DNA of 64,000 nucleotides, from NCBI RefSeq assembly GCF_018977255.1, contig NW_024704743.1, forward strand, positions 114,020,001-114,084,000. The letters run 5' to 3'. The notes beneath the pieces were generated by a model. The model did no database searches, was not told the origin of the DNA, and was given only the letters and a program-made list of their open reading frames with translations. This DNA comes from Callorhinchus milii (taxonomy: Eukaryota). Position 1 is the stretch's first letter, and each line of letters opens with the position of its first letter. Shown in pieces: positions 63,297-64,000 of the stretch. A program made the position numbers and the translations under genes.

Positions 63297-64000
63297 TGAT
63301 AAGGCATTATACCCAATGCATTATCGTCAATGAATGGATACAGTAAATAATGGTCCTTTGCATTTGGTATAGCATTTCTAATATCAAAATACATCATTGT
63401 GCTTCAAAGGTAATTACTGCCAAGTGTGAGGCATTTGTAAGCAAACACAGAGGTCAATTTGCTCACAACAAGATTGCACAAACTAGTCATAAAGTTAAGT
63501 ACTAATTTAATCGGAGGATTGTTACGCAGGGCAGTGGGAGAAACTCCCCTCTTTTCAAATTGTGTCTGGGAATTATGTTTATTATTATATTAAATTATGT
63601 CAGGGGATCTTTTATGTTTAACTGTACAGGCTGATATGAGTTCTGTTTAAAGTCTCATGGAAAGGACTTCCTCATTGTTCCCTCATCACTGGATTGCCAA
63701 CCAAGACTATGAGCACAAGTTCTGACATGGTGCTTGAACCCACAAGCTCCCACTCAGAAGTGAAAATGTTACAAACTCACCTGACATAGTAATTAATAAC
63801 ACTAATCCTTATATTTGGTGTAGCTCCTTTCATGTCAGGAGGATGTCCCAAAACGCTCCACAGGATGTAAAGTGCAGTGACTGTGTGTTTTGTAGATGAA
63901 TGTAGCAGCTAATTTGCAGCACAGCAATGTTCCACAAGCAACCATGAAGTGAATGAGCAAATTTATTTGGAAGTTTTATTGGCAAGGACACAAGGAGAAA

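Overview
Vertebrate genomic DNA, probably a cartilaginous fish (inferred from the L2 LINE / Deu-type SINE repeat landscape). Three + strand units are visible. (1) About 3.9 kb of repeat-free, 3'UTR-like sequence ending in AATAAA, probably the end of NCOA2 by conserved NCOA2-PRDM14-SLCO5A1 synteny. (2) A complete PRDM14 gene: 8 coding exons at 12439-20757, 1842 nt, 613 aa, with pre-SET, PR/SET and six C2H2 fingers, plus an extra terminal exon ending RRPWN that human PRDM14 lacks. (3) The first coding exon of SLCO5A1 (60995-62156), whose N-terminus carries a 12 x 24-bp Cys-rich repeat. The ~40 kb spacer holds L2 fragments, tRNA-headed SINEs sharing the L2 3' tail, older Deu/AmnSINE-like fragments, two pogo/Tigger-like MITEs, an unclassified A-tailed repeat and an inverted minisatellite. 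There is no CRISPR, rRNA or credible tRNA gene, and most ORF-track entries are spurious. The best leads are the splice-donor array before the extra PRDM14 exon, that exon's RPW motif, and the SLCO5A1 CxxC repeat. Protein and repeat-family comparisons are from memory, not from searches.
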